From the NCBI RefSeq assembly GCF_006345805.1, contig NC_043003.1:32736001-32800000 (forward strand): a DNA stretch of 64,000 nt, read 5' to 3'. Made by a program: the position numbers and the translations under genes. The notes beneath the pieces were generated by a model. It was not told the origin of the DNA. It ran no database searches and saw only the letters and a program-made list of their open reading frames with translations. Origin of the DNA: Octopus sinensis (taxonomy: Eukaryota). Shown here piece after piece: positions 50,501 to 60,254 of the stretch. Each line of letters opens with the position of its first letter. Within the stretch, counting starts at the first letter, position 1.

Positions 50501-53015
50501 TTCTGCCAGCTCATCACTTTACTATTGCTATAATATTAATGCCCTTTCATTGAGCCTGGTGAAATGATAGGTGGTACATTGACAGAGTTGGTAGAGCAAG
50601 GAATAAAATGCTTTGCAGTATTCATTCAGACTTTCAACACTGGTTTCAAATACTTTCGAGGTCAACAGATGAAGTACAGCTAAAGGATTATGAAGTATTG
50701 GAATTGTTAGAAAGTCAAATAGGATGTCTTATAATATCTGTTGTGGCTCTTAGCACCCTAGTTCAAATTCCATCTTGGCTAATGCCTTGGTTTATTCATC
50801 TGATCATGGGAATCATCCATCATGTTGTTAGCCAATATAACTAGGTAGGCTTACAACAAGTACAGATAAGCTAGTAACACCATTCTGAAGTTTCGTTCAA
50901 TGGTGGATTGGAAAACAGGTGAATGGAATTGAAGAAATGAGAAGTAAAGTGAATCTTGTTTGATTGCACTTTAAAATATAAAGGGACAAAGTAATCTACT
51001 GGCACTTTATCATTTGTCATTTTTGATGGCTCTTATACATTGTGATATTCATTATGTGCTTTAGAAGCAGCATTAGTTTAAAATTGCAATTTCAATATTA
51101 TACTCAATGCAGATATATCACTTAATGTCAAATTAACTGCAGTATACATTCTATAAGAGATATTATCTCAGGATGAATACTGCAGTTAATTTGATTTACT
51201 GTGATGTATCTGCATTAAGTATGATATGCAGATTGCATTTACAATATTGATTTCTTTTAGAGTGGTGGATTGGCAGAATTTATGAAAGCAATGGACAAAA
51301 TATCACATCGTATTTAGTTATGTCTATATTATGACTTCAAGTCCAGCTAATCTTAGTCTTTCCTTCCAAGGTCCATAAAATAAATATCAGTGATGTTCTG
51401 GAATCGCTATAAATGATTTATACACCTATTTACAAAAATGCCTATCTTAGAAATCAGTACAAATTTCTTTCAACCAGATTCAATGTTTCAATACCAAGAA
51501 ACGTTTCATCTCTGTGTATTACTGTTATTTTTATGTGTTAGCCTGGAAATAAAGCAGTAGGTGAGTCTAATACCACTACTTGGTCCTTAAATACCTTGAG
51601 TGGAGTTTGCCCTAGTGCACCCATTTGGACCAGATGTTTAGAGTAGGCATTAGCCCATTATACCAATATTAATTTCACTTGTCCACTAGTACACACTGGT
51701 GAAATGAATGTAGCTAACATCCACTGTGAATATCTTTAGTTTAAAAAAATGATAGTCAAGTTAAGTTCATTTTTTGGCTCAAAAAGCAAAATGCAAGGCC
51801 ATGTAGGGGGACATGGAGTTATGTACAGGGAGGGTGTTCATGCAAAAAGTTCAGGCCATTTCTGGTCAAGAGAATCTTTGAACCGAGCAGTCGGCATCTC
51901 GTCTGGCAGCTTATTCCACGGATCCGCAACCCGGACGGAGAAAGCCCCTCTCCTTCGATTGAGATGAAATCGTCGCAGATAGAGCTGAGTGGGAACCTTA
52001 CATTGTTCCCTATTAATATTGCATTATCTCCTATTAATCATATATTCACCATCATCATCTAGTGTACCTTGGCCATCAAAGATTGTTATTGCTTTTTGCA
52101 AGATATAAAGTTATTAGTCTGTGTAATATCACTCTGCAGCAGGCACGACTCATTGTCAGCCGATTGGACTAGAGCAATGGGAAATGATGTGCCTCACCCA
52201 AGTGCATATTGCACTGCCTGGCCTACATATCAAACCCATGATTTTACACTTGTGTGTCAAACTGTCTAACTACCTGTCATTAGCCTCCACACAACCATGC
52301 ATTATATATGGATAGGTGAAGTTATGTATGTTCATAAACCATGGCTTATACAATAAATAGTTAACTGGAGGTAATAAGACTTTTGTGTTGCCTCCATTTA
52401 ACAGATTGCGTTTTAACATTTCATTACTGTAAACCTTAATTTAATTTCCTATTAATTACACATTACCTCCATTGTAACTATATGTTATCTCTTGTTAATC
52501 CTACTTTACATCTTGTTAACCTTATTTTAATCACCTTTTAACCTTAATTAAATCACCTGTCAAACTGAAATTGCAGCCTTTTAACCTTTATATAAACTCC
52601 TGTTAACTCTACATTTACCTCCTAGTAATCTTATATTACCTCTTGTTAACCATACTTTACCTCAATTTACCATATATTATTTCCTATTAACTATGTGTTA
52701 CTACCACTTACCAATATTACAATGCACTCAATTTAACATCATCACCTTTCAATTTTATTTTAACTGCCTGTTAACCTTACATTAAACCCATTTATCTTAT
52801 TTCACCTTTCTTTAGCTATATATTACGTTCTGCAAATCTCATTTTCTTGTGTGTTTTACAGTTACCTCTGGTCTGGTCTTATTGTAGTACTAGGAATCCT
52901 GATGAATATTTACAGCAAGAATCATCAGAGATTCGAGATGAAAAGTATTACACGCTTGTTAAAAGTGCTGTTTCGCCATAAAACCAAAACTGTGGGTTTG
53001 GAAAGAATCATTTAA
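22513..53015 (+). CDS. SLC35B3: PAPS transporter 2 (SLC35B3/PAPST2), spliced CDS of 9 exons, 1365 nt, 454 aa
   Basis: Manual splicing join(22513-22965,35342-35463,39931-40085,41801-41908,43389-43486,45061-45153,47082-47193,48717-48786,52862-53015) gives one uninterrupted frame with all-GT-AG introns. Motifs GWYLTLLQF, GYLNFPTQQIFKSCKLIPVMIGG, LALCADAVIGNVQEK, FGALVAVTVTTCRKALTIVLSFIFFTKPF and YLWSGLIVVLGI match the vertebrate SLC35B3 sequence as I recall it. Confidence 0.96.
23140..23510 (+). mobile_element. tRNA-derived SINE family A (CORE-like ccttgggcaagtg segment, internal microsatellite)
   Basis: ggcgcaggcgTGGCTGTGTGGtaag...GGTTCAGTCCcactg. Other + copies at ~16330, 25466, 26110, 34750, 36808, 47385; - copies at ~24915-25330, 33445-33855, 62735-63103. 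Confidence 0.88.
24040..24186. mobile_element. hAT-type MITE
   Basis: CAG...CTG termini (cagagttgtcc / agacagcactg) with an 8-bp TSD cctatatt/cctatact. Confidence 0.6.
24915..25330 (-). mobile_element. SINE family A, full-length, antisense
   Basis: Reverse complement of the copies at 23140 and 36808. Confidence 0.88.
27102..27645. repeat. 27-bp minisatellite (~20 units) inside a family-C LINE 3'UTR
   Basis: Unit tgtcactggcatgggtgccctttcatg; a short ~4-unit copy lies at ~26540-26660. Confidence 0.95.
30229..30614 (-). mobile_element. Non-autonomous Helitron
   Basis: Minus: A|TCTTTATATATAAAAG ... cccgagcaacgccgggcgatactgCTAG|T; homologous to 16584-16981. Confidence 0.88.
31043..31405 (+). 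mobile_element. Non-autonomous Helitron (second family)
   Basis: A|TCTCTCTATATATAAAC start; 3' hairpin with 15-bp arms ctagcactatgaccc/gggtcatagtgctag, ending CTAG|T. Confidence 0.8.
32135..32497 (-). mobile_element. GC-rich repeat, probably the 5'UTR of an RTE-clade LINE
   Basis: The accttctcctagaaggatgccctaacaaaggct motif resembles antisense RTE 5'UTRs; CpG-rich, no convincing ORF. Confidence 0.45.
35342..35463 (+). CDS. SLC35B3: SLC35B3 coding exon 2 (122 nt)
   Basis: ttttttgcag|ELIFRLDGFRPFGWYLTLLQFAWYSFFGIVESHWKKEDAR+aa|gtaagt. Confidence 0.96.
36808..37280 (+). mobile_element. SINE family A, full-length
   Basis: Complete head, (TA)n core and tail ending gactgaaacaagtaaaagagtaaaaga. 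Confidence 0.9.
38580..38748 (+). mobile_element. RTE-type LINE 3' end with (AGA)n tail
   Basis: LGPHIYGVRHWNKEWLEITRSLALNRQAWSAFVRDA, followed by aagaagaagaa. Confidence 0.65.
39655..39872 (+). mobile_element. SINE family B copy just upstream of exon 3
   Basis: Family-B body flanked by a duplicated aattagatttgaact (~39641 and ~39872). Confidence 0.8.
39931..40085 (+). CDS. SLC35B3: SLC35B3 coding exon 3 (155 nt)
   Basis: atgcag|a+APLRTYSILAFISVATIGLSNSSMGYLNFPTQQIFKSCKLIPVMIGGIIIQ+g|gtaaga. Confidence 0.97.
41801..41908 (+). CDS. SLC35B3: SLC35B3 coding exon 4 (108 nt)
   Basis: tttctttcag|gt+KRYSFIDVIACISMCVGLALFTIADSTVSPNFNVY+g|gtgagt. Confidence 0.96.
43389..43486 (+). CDS. SLC35B3: SLC35B3 coding exon 5 (98 nt; not in ORF track)
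   Basis: ttttgcag|ga+IFIILLALCADAVIGNVQEKVLKKFNCSNIEM|gtaaaa. Confidence 0.96.
43745..44850 (+). mobile_element. Highly decayed CR1/Jockey-group LINE reverse transcriptase fragment
   Basis: YQCIAITSIISKVIE, VVTININKAF, YGLHPFLISWITDFLSG and IHSYTDDSIIY (YADD-like). Confidence 0.78.
45061..45153 (+). CDS. SLC35B3: SLC35B3 coding exon 6 (93 nt)
   Basis: tttaatgcag|VLYSCSIGFLYILVGLVVTGNLLPAVHFCSE|gtaagt. Confidence 0.95.
46068..46418. repeat. G-poor degenerate (TCAC/TCAT)n tract
   Basis: Direct inspection. Confidence 0.9.
47082..47193 (+). CDS. SLC35B3: SLC35B3 coding exon 7 (112 nt; not in ORF track)
   Basis: tttatttccag|HPTVTYGYSFIFSIAGYLGLISVLTLVKSFGALVAVT+g|gtgagt. Confidence 0.96.
48717..48786 (+). 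CDS. SLC35B3: SLC35B3 coding exon 8 (70 nt; not in ORF track)
   Basis: cttctctttcag|tg+TTCRKALTIVLSFIFFTKPFTI+ca|gtaagt. Confidence 0.96.
48978..49394 (+). mobile_element. tRNA-headed non-autonomous element with inverted Penelope-type terminal repeats and degenerate hammerhead ribozymes
   Basis: TSD gcatttcatct at 48967-48977 and 49395-49405. Inverted arms 49011-49147 / 49261-49394. tRNA-like segment 49154-49226, then an (AAT)n linker. gacac-CTGATGA-a-ggctg-loop-cagcc-aaaa-cgt at 49304-49343. Confidence 0.8.
49304..49343 (+). ncRNA. Degenerate minimal type-I hammerhead ribozyme motif
   Basis: CTGATGA at 49309-49315; stem II ggctg/cagcc; GAAA reads AAAA (CpG-decay pattern). The antisense twin at 49059-49104 supplies the stem I partner gtgtt and a GTT cleavage triplet. 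Confidence 0.7.
51085..51237. repeat. ~150-bp imperfect palindrome (MITE-like hairpin)
   Basis: tcaaattaactgcagtat / atactgcagttaatttga and aatgcagatatatcac / gtgatgtatctgcatt pair as arms. Confidence 0.8.
51765..51985 (-). mobile_element. CR1-type LINE 3' end
   Basis: Minus: LRRFHLNRRRGAFSVRVADPWNKLPDEMPTARFKDSLDQKWPELFA*. Confidence 0.8.
52385..52810. repeat. Degenerate ~21-bp tandem repeat (ttacctcctgttaaccttata-like)
   Basis: Recurrent ttacctc...ttaacc units directly upstream of the last exon. Confidence 0.65.
52862..53015 (+). CDS. SLC35B3: SLC35B3 coding exon 9 (terminal, to TAA)
   Basis: gttttacag|t+YLWSGLIVVLGILMNIYSKNHQRFEMKSITRLLKVLFRHKTKTVGLERII*. Confidence 0.95.
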
Positions 53016-53695
53016 AGATATTGCAGCTGTGATATGATACATTATTCATCAACGTTGAAAGAAAAATCATTTTTACTTTTACTGTAATTCATGGACATGT
53101 TTCTTTTTACTTATTTATTTTATTATTATTTTTTTCTTTGTGGGGGTCTGACATTTGTATTCATTTCTAATCTGTGGTGTATTCCTTTCTCAGAAAGATA
53201 TATAAGTTTCGAATAATCATTTCAAATATGTTGTGTTAGTTTGGAAAGAAGTTTTATCAAAAATCATATATTGAATTTGAATCAATTACATTATAGTAGA
53301 TGTAAAAGTTGTAAATAATATCCATCTAAAACATATACACATATACCATTATATCCACTTTCGTTTATTTTGTAATAATAATATATATTTGATACCTAAT
53401 AATAATAATATATAATTCTATTACAAAATATAGTGTACAATGAAAGATTTTGATATTTAATAATCTGTCTGATATGAAAGTATTTGTTTCCTACTCAAAG
53501 CTGACTAGTTTGTGACAGAAAGGGCTGGGGTCTCATGCTATAAAAGAGCTGTTAACCTGAAAAAACCCCAAAAAACTCATTTCACCCATACAGGCATGGA
53601 ATAATGGATGTTAAACACTAATATAAAAATTTAGAATGTAAATGTTGAAGCATAGAGAAATATGCAAATGAGTATTTATTAACATTTTGTTTTGA

Positions 53696-53701
53696 AATAA
53701 A
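53696..53701 (+). terminator. Candidate polyadenylation signal of SLC35B3
   Basis: Canonical AATAAA ~680 nt after the stop, in an AU-rich stretch free of recognisable repeats that ends where repeats resume (~53950). Confidence 0.45.
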
Positions 53702-54569
53702 TTCAGCCACATTAATTTAAAGACTCTTTGGATGGAAAATGGTAAGATGAAAGCATTTAGTTTGATGGCAGAAAGATTGGGACTGATTTAGTGTAATTGG
53801 TAGCATTCCTGTTTCAGTTTTAGAAGATGTAGCGTTTGAGTCCTACTAACAGCTTTCCATCATTTGTCAATTCAAGGTGGTTTTTATGTAATGTGTTGTA
53901 AGCTCTTACAGCTGAATTCTCTTTGAGATACATTATTGATTAAGGTTTATTTATATGTGTGTGTGCGTGTATGCATCTGTCTGTATGTGTGTGTATGTGT
54001 GTGTGTGTGTAGACTGATATATGGGCCTGTGGTTAAAAAGTTTGCTTCATAACCATATGGTTTCAGTTTTTTTCCAACTTTTCCAAAATGCTGAGCTGTA
54101 TTTCTTTTGGCTCTTTTTGTTCTGAGTTCAAAGTTTGCTGAGGTCAGTTTACCTCTCATGCTTTTGGAGTCAATAAAATAACAGTTGAGAGCACTAGGGT
54201 AAATGTAAACAACCCCACTTCACCATCAAAATTGTTGACCTTGTACCCATAATAGAAAGGATTATTATTACTATTAAAATAGTAGGATTCCTTCAGATCC
54301 AGGCCATCACCTCAGTAGCACTTCATGTGAGTGGTTAATGGAGTGCTGAAAGAGGTATATCCTCATTAATCAACTAACTGATTAATTAATTAATTAATAA
54401 TGAAGTACTCTGCAAATCTAAAGAGTGTATAGCAACAAATTGTAGTACATTTATCGCAGAGTAAATAATGATAAAAGAATTTGGAGTAAAAATGATTTTC
54501 TTTACATGACAATTGTTTCCATGAGATTACCCATTTTGTACATGTAAAAAATTAGTAAATAAATAACCA

Positions 54570-55025
54570 TGCTTGCTTCATACCCTTGCTTGATGGGGTT
54601 GGGGCCGTCCCAGAGACATCATCATGCATAGAGCCTATCAAATCCAACAGTATTTTCCATTGCTGGCAGTTCTGTGCCAGCCCCTCTACATCCTCCAAGG
54701 TGATGTCAAGCTTCTGGAGATCATTCTCAATGATGTCTAGCCATCTGGTGTGAAGCCTGCAATGTGACCTCTTCCAGGCTGCAACTACTGTGATGAATGA
54801 AAGTGAAGCCCTGGTAGGATGATCTAGCAGGAGATGGAGGACATTGCTGTACTAGCACATGGACTGAGGTGGGAGGCTGTGGACTTGTGTGTGCATGCAT
54901 GCAATTCTTTGTTAGGAACTTGATGGTACCATCTGATGTTTTTGATCATTCTCAGAACTCTGCTATCAGAGCTGTTGATCCTCTTTGCCAGGGTCATTGA
55001 TAGGGCCCATGTTTCTGTTCCATAA
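54570..55025 (-). mobile_element. RTE-type LINE 3' fragment
   Basis: LYGTETWALSMTLAKRINSSDSRVLRMIKNIRW...WLDIIENDLQKLDITLEDVEGLAQN..QW. Confidence 0.8.
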
Positions 55026-55083
55026 AGGAAATAATAATCATGTAAAGAAAATTGTTGTCTTTCCTTATTCATTTATATGTCTT

Positions 55084-55612
55084 AATGAAAACCACAAGTC
55101 TTGTGCATTGTGGTGCCAGATACTTGTAGAGCACTTGACTGTACGGGCTAAGCTTTGCCAATCTTGAGAGCGATCTGTGATGGTCACTCCAATATGGTAG
55201 CAATAAATTTTGTGGTAAGGCTTCAACAAATATAAATAGCACTCAATCAGTTAAGAGAGTAAAGATAATTTTATAATGAAAATCAAAGTCTTGTGCATTG
55301 TGACACAGGGTACTTGAATCATAGAGTACTTGAGTGTACTGGCTAAGCTTTGCTAATGTTAAGAATAATCTGCAATGGTCACTCCGGTATGGCAGCAATA
55401 AATTGTGTGGTAAGTCTTCAACAAGGAGAATAGCACTGGAGCAACCATTGCAGATTCTTCTTCAGATTGGCAAAGCTTAGTCAGTACAGTTGAGTGCTCT
55501 ATGATACAAGTATCATGTGCCCTGAAGCACAGAGATTGTGGGTTTCATTATAACTTTATCTTTACTCTCTTATGTGATTAACTGCTGTTCTACTTGTTGA
55601 GGCCTTACCACA
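55084..55612. mobile_element. Two direct + one inverted ~190-bp repeats (pLTR-like)
   Basis: Units at ~55084-55273 and ~55274-55437; the reverse complement lies at 55438-55612. Confidence 0.75.
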
Positions 55613-56699
55613 CTGTGTATGTTTGTGTCTTCCTATTGTCCTGACATTGCATGTAACATTGGTAGTGACATTGTGTAGAACGTGTTATTGTTTAAATCAA
55701 CTGCAAAATGAAGTGTGCAGCTATATCATTTATTTAACATCCATGTTCCATGCTAGTTAAAACAGATTTTTGAAAATGTTCCCATAACTTGAAACATCAT
55801 AGATGTATTACCTCTGTTCAGCAAAGAAAGTTTTTGGGCAGTTGCTCAACCTGTTAAAAATAGCAGCCACATTTTCCTCAAATCATACACAATCTTTTCA
55901 TGAAAATGGCACATTGGACAATGTAACTCTAGGAACACTGTCTGAAAGAACATCAGATGATCAAGACTAAAATGCTTTGATCTCTGGTCTTCTCCATTAG
56001 AACTGACATGAAGATAAACAATCAATATTTTCACAAAAGATGTGCTTTATGTTTCTCTGAGAAATTCCATATTCTTACACAACCACTATATTGCTGAATT
56101 TGAAGTTCAATTTTTTTTTTTTGCTTCCATAAAATGGAATTTTTATTGTAATCATTTACTAGAAATGGTAGTTTCCTTTGTAGTAAGTTATCTGGTGCAA
56201 TACTCTTTTTCACAACTATCCTTTATGCATGGTAGTAACTTCCCACTTTTTACTGAGATTACTTCCACGTGTTCCAGTTAGGGTATGAAGCAGTCCACCA
56301 CCTGAATGGTGTTTCCTATTAGCACACAACCAAGCACCCCTCATTCATTTTTTTTTTTCTACTTTAATGATCGTACATATTGAGAAACTCTGAATAGCAA
56401 TGGAGCTAATCAACTTTTCCCAGTTAATAAACTTACTAATGTGTCAGGGTATTTTCTCTGTCATTTGTGCCTCCACACATACACATCACACACACACACA
56501 CATGCATGCACACACACATGCACACACTTTTTTTTAGGAACCATTCTTAAAAGAATCATTTCACATTCTCTTGAAGTTTCTGAATTTTAATAACACTAAC
56601 TACATGCACACTCACATCCATACACACACATACACACATATGTACACATAGAGAGAGAGGGCGGAAGAGAAATATTGGATACTTGTGAATTAAAACAGC

Positions 56700-57330
56700 T
56701 GCCACTCTTTTTCAATTTTATGCCATACATTTTGGTGCAGACTAGCAGCAGCATAGAATACCTCATTCAAGAATGTGATATTTAGTTAGTTTTTGTTTAC
56801 GATGGTTTTGAGGACCATGTTCACCTGGCTTATTTTGTTTTGTTTTGTTTTCCTGCTATGAATCTTATGAAGGTCACTGTGAACCTTCATGTCCATATTT
56901 TGAACTTTGATCCATTTAGCCATTATTTGATCTTGAAGTTCTCTCAGGTACCTTGTCTTGTTACCGATATTATTTATTTTCTCTAAATTGTTGTTAGTCT
57001 CTTCAGTATGTTCATCTGTAATGGGTTTGATCATCAGGGAGAGTATTTTGGTTGTTTCTGGTTGCGTGTCATGTTTACTTCTTCCAGCAAAGATTTTTCT
57101 TCTATGACTCTGGCACAGTTCTTGTCTGTTAATTTGCAAATTGTAAATACTAGGTTGTTTCTTAGATCTAATTTTACATTCTTTTATTTTGTCAATTTTG
57201 ATATCAGTTAATGGTTTTCATCTTATGATATTTCTTTGCACATTTGTAAACTTGTTGCTGTTTAGGTTTAGTCCTCTGTTAGGATTTTTATTTTTTCTCC
57301 AGTAAGAGAAAAGAATCCTGATATAGGACA
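56700..57330 (-). mobile_element. N-terminal part of an R4/Dong-like ORF, decayed
   Basis: ELQDQIMAKWIKVQNMDMKVHSDLHKI...ISQVNMVLKTIV...ITFLNEVFYAAA resembles the pre-RT region of R4/Dong elements; abuts a (TTA)n/SINE-B pair. Confidence 0.55.
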
Positions 57331-57372
57331 AAGAATCCTTGTTCAGTGTTGAAGCTGTCTTATTATTATTTA

Positions 57373-57832
57373 AGGCGGTGAGCTGGCACAATTGTTAGCA
57401 CCTCAGGCGAGATGATTAGCAGTATTTTGTCTGTGTTTATGTTCTGAGGTTGACTTTGCTTTTCATCCTTTCAGTATTGATAATGTAAGTACCAGTTGCA
57501 CTCTGGGGTTGATACAATTGACATATCCTCATCCTTGAAATTGCTGCCCTTGTGGCAAAATTTGAAACCATTATCATTATTATTGTTGTTGTTGTTATTT
57601 AAGGTTGCAAGCTGGCAGAATCGTTAGCATGCCAAGTGAAATGTTTAGCAGGATTCAGTCTGTCTTTACGTTCTGAGTTCAAATTCTGCTGAGGTCGACT
57701 TTGCCTTTCATCCTTTCAGGGTCGATAAAATAACTACCAGTTGAACATTGGGGTCGATGTAATCAACTTATCTCCTCCCCCAAAATGGCTGTCCTTTTTG
57801 GCAAAATTTGAAACCATTATTATTATTATTAA
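57373..57832 (+). mobile_element. Two tandem SINE family B copies
   Basis: aaggcggtgagctggc... at ~57372 and aaggttgcaagctggc... at ~57601, each ending gaaaccattat(tat)n. Confidence 0.88.
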
Positions 57833-58851
57833 GTGGATGGAAGTTACAAAGGTGACTCAAAGACAGAGTTTCATACACAACACTTATCAAACTTGAGTTA
57901 CTTCTCTAACTTTATGCCAATTAAAAATAATAATAAAATCTATTTACTCCTGAATTGTATTCTGTTTATCCTGTTTATTAAACCAAATTTATACACACAC
58001 ACATACACACTAGGAGAGAAAGAGAGACACAACTTGTTTATTTACTACTTGTTTATTCACTACTACTAGTAAATATGTCATCACTCTCTCTCTTCCCTCC
58101 TCTTTCTTTCCTTCTCCTCTCTCTCTCTCTCCTCTCTCTCTCTCTCACACACACACACACAAATGTTTATTTGTGAACCATTAAGGCAACTAATCATCTT
58201 TAGACAAAATATTTTACTCTGCTTTCCATTTGATTTTTACTTACTATTTTATTGGTACAGACCATTCCTAATTTTCTTAGACACAGCAATGAAAGATCAA
58301 AAACTAAATTCCTTACAGGTGAAACAGTAGAATCTATCAACTCATTCTTTCACTAATTTCTACCTGCCTCCCTCACAACTATCAACAAATGTTTCCAACC
58401 AATCTCAAAAAGAAGAACAAAAAGAATCTTCCATGAAGAACTGGTATTTTAAATATGTTAAAATAAACAAGGGAAGACATGAATCCCTGTTGGGTTGTTT
58501 TCAGCTGAGGCACAGTAAACAAACACAGATGGTTGTGAAGCTGTATAGGAGAGAGCATCCTAGAGCAGCATGTTTATAGTGAAGTTATTTTTCTATATTA
58601 GCAATGCTTACTAATAATGATTATAATAAGATTGTGAAATGTATAAACATGACAGCATATCTTAGTTGCCTCCATCTTCCTAAAACTTGCTTTCTACCCA
58701 TCTGGAAAAAAAATGCAAAAAACACAAAAAAATGTTTTAGCACAATAGTTCCTAACCATGGGCTAGTTTCTTGCGAGAAAAATTTTCCATGGGCTGAGAG
58801 ATCATGCACATAATAAATTGCATATCATATAATTTAATTATCACATATATA

Positions 58852-59575
58852 TGAGGTGTTTAGTAACAGACTGTCGTAAGTGCCACAACTTAAAAACCAA
58901 GAAAAAATGCAGTCAAAGTTTTGTGAATTTCAGAATGTGATATTTTGGCAAGGAATGAAGTTAAGAAGCTGGGTTTGGTCTTAAAATGACCATGAAGACC
59001 TGCTCTAGTCATTCTAACTATGTAAAATTACTTACTTATGTATGCACCTTAAAGAAGAAACAATGACTGCGTCTTTCTCATCTTGTAGAATATACTGGTA
59101 CTATGAAATGGTGTATCGCATTGCATGTTTTAGCTATAATACCTAGAAAAAGCATACAGAGACCCCATCCCCAAAGGTATTGTTTGTGTTTTAATATACC
59201 AAGGTAAGTATCTTTAAAAGGTAAGTAAGACAAGATAGTAAGATAATAGCTCATTATTGTTACGATGGTGACAAGGAATATTAGAAAATGAGGCATAATG
59301 CCTCGAAAAACGATACAGGGACCACACCAAAGTTATTGATTGAGCGTATGTGCTTACAATGGTGTATTACTAAACTCTCTGGCCCAAGTTTGGGCGAGCA
59401 AGCAATGTGTCAATAGTGTTGAGGTACAAATTTTTTTCAGCCGGATTTTCGACCTTATTGCAAGCCTCACCAGTTCTTCCAACATTTGTGGATTCTAGAT
59501 GTTGAGACAAAATAATATACTAACTTTGAAAATGGCCAGGGTGGTGCTTACGACATTCTGTTACTAAACACCTCA
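58852..59575. mobile_element. Non-autonomous Tc1/mariner element, 724 bp
   Basis: TA-flanked TIRs tgaggtgtttagtaacagactgtcgtaag / cttacgacattctgttactaaacacctca; no coding capacity recognised. Confidence 0.88.
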
Positions 59576-59957
59576 TATATAATGCAAAACCACCCTGCAG
59601 CAGTGCACTGCAACTGCTATGCTGCTAGGTGTGCCACAGTGTAACCCGAATGTAATTTTTCCCCTATACTTTTAGTTTAGTGTGTGCTGTCGAATTTTGA
59701 AAAGAATATAAGTGTACTGCCCTACAGACAGGCATTAGTCAATAAAACAGAAATATTAAAATACTTATTCTTTCTGTGTAGCCTAGTACCAAATATTCCA
59801 TAGCCTGGTATTGGTCTTTAGACCATTACTTTGGGTACCCTAGTCTAGCAGATAAATCACAAATAGTTTAATATTTAATTTGCTTGAATAGTATTTTCCT
59901 GCTGCAACAATGATAATTAGCTGACATTCAATGATTAATATTTTCCTAGATTCACTA

Positions 59958-60254
59958 ATTAAAATCCAGAAAATGGAGAAGTAGTGTTAATATAATTTAT
60001 TAACAGCAAAATTTCAACATGTTCACTTATAACTGTTTCGATTTTGCCCAAAAGAATTAAGTCTGTTGAGATGTTTTGGAAGAATAACATGTAATAACCT
60101 AATGATATATCTATTTTACTCCTCTGACAAGGTTTTGCCTAATAAAATGTTTTAATTACTAGAATTTAATTCTTATGGGCAAAATTGAAATAGCTGTAAG
60201 TGAACATGTTGAATTTTTTTGCAGTTAATACATTATATTTTCTGGATTTTAATT
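59958..60254. mobile_element. Inverted pLTR-like pair (Penelope remnant)
   Basis: Arms ~59958-60060 / ~60166-60254; gaaatagctgtaagtgaac resembles the hammerhead GAAA-palindrome-TA segment. Confidence 0.6.
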
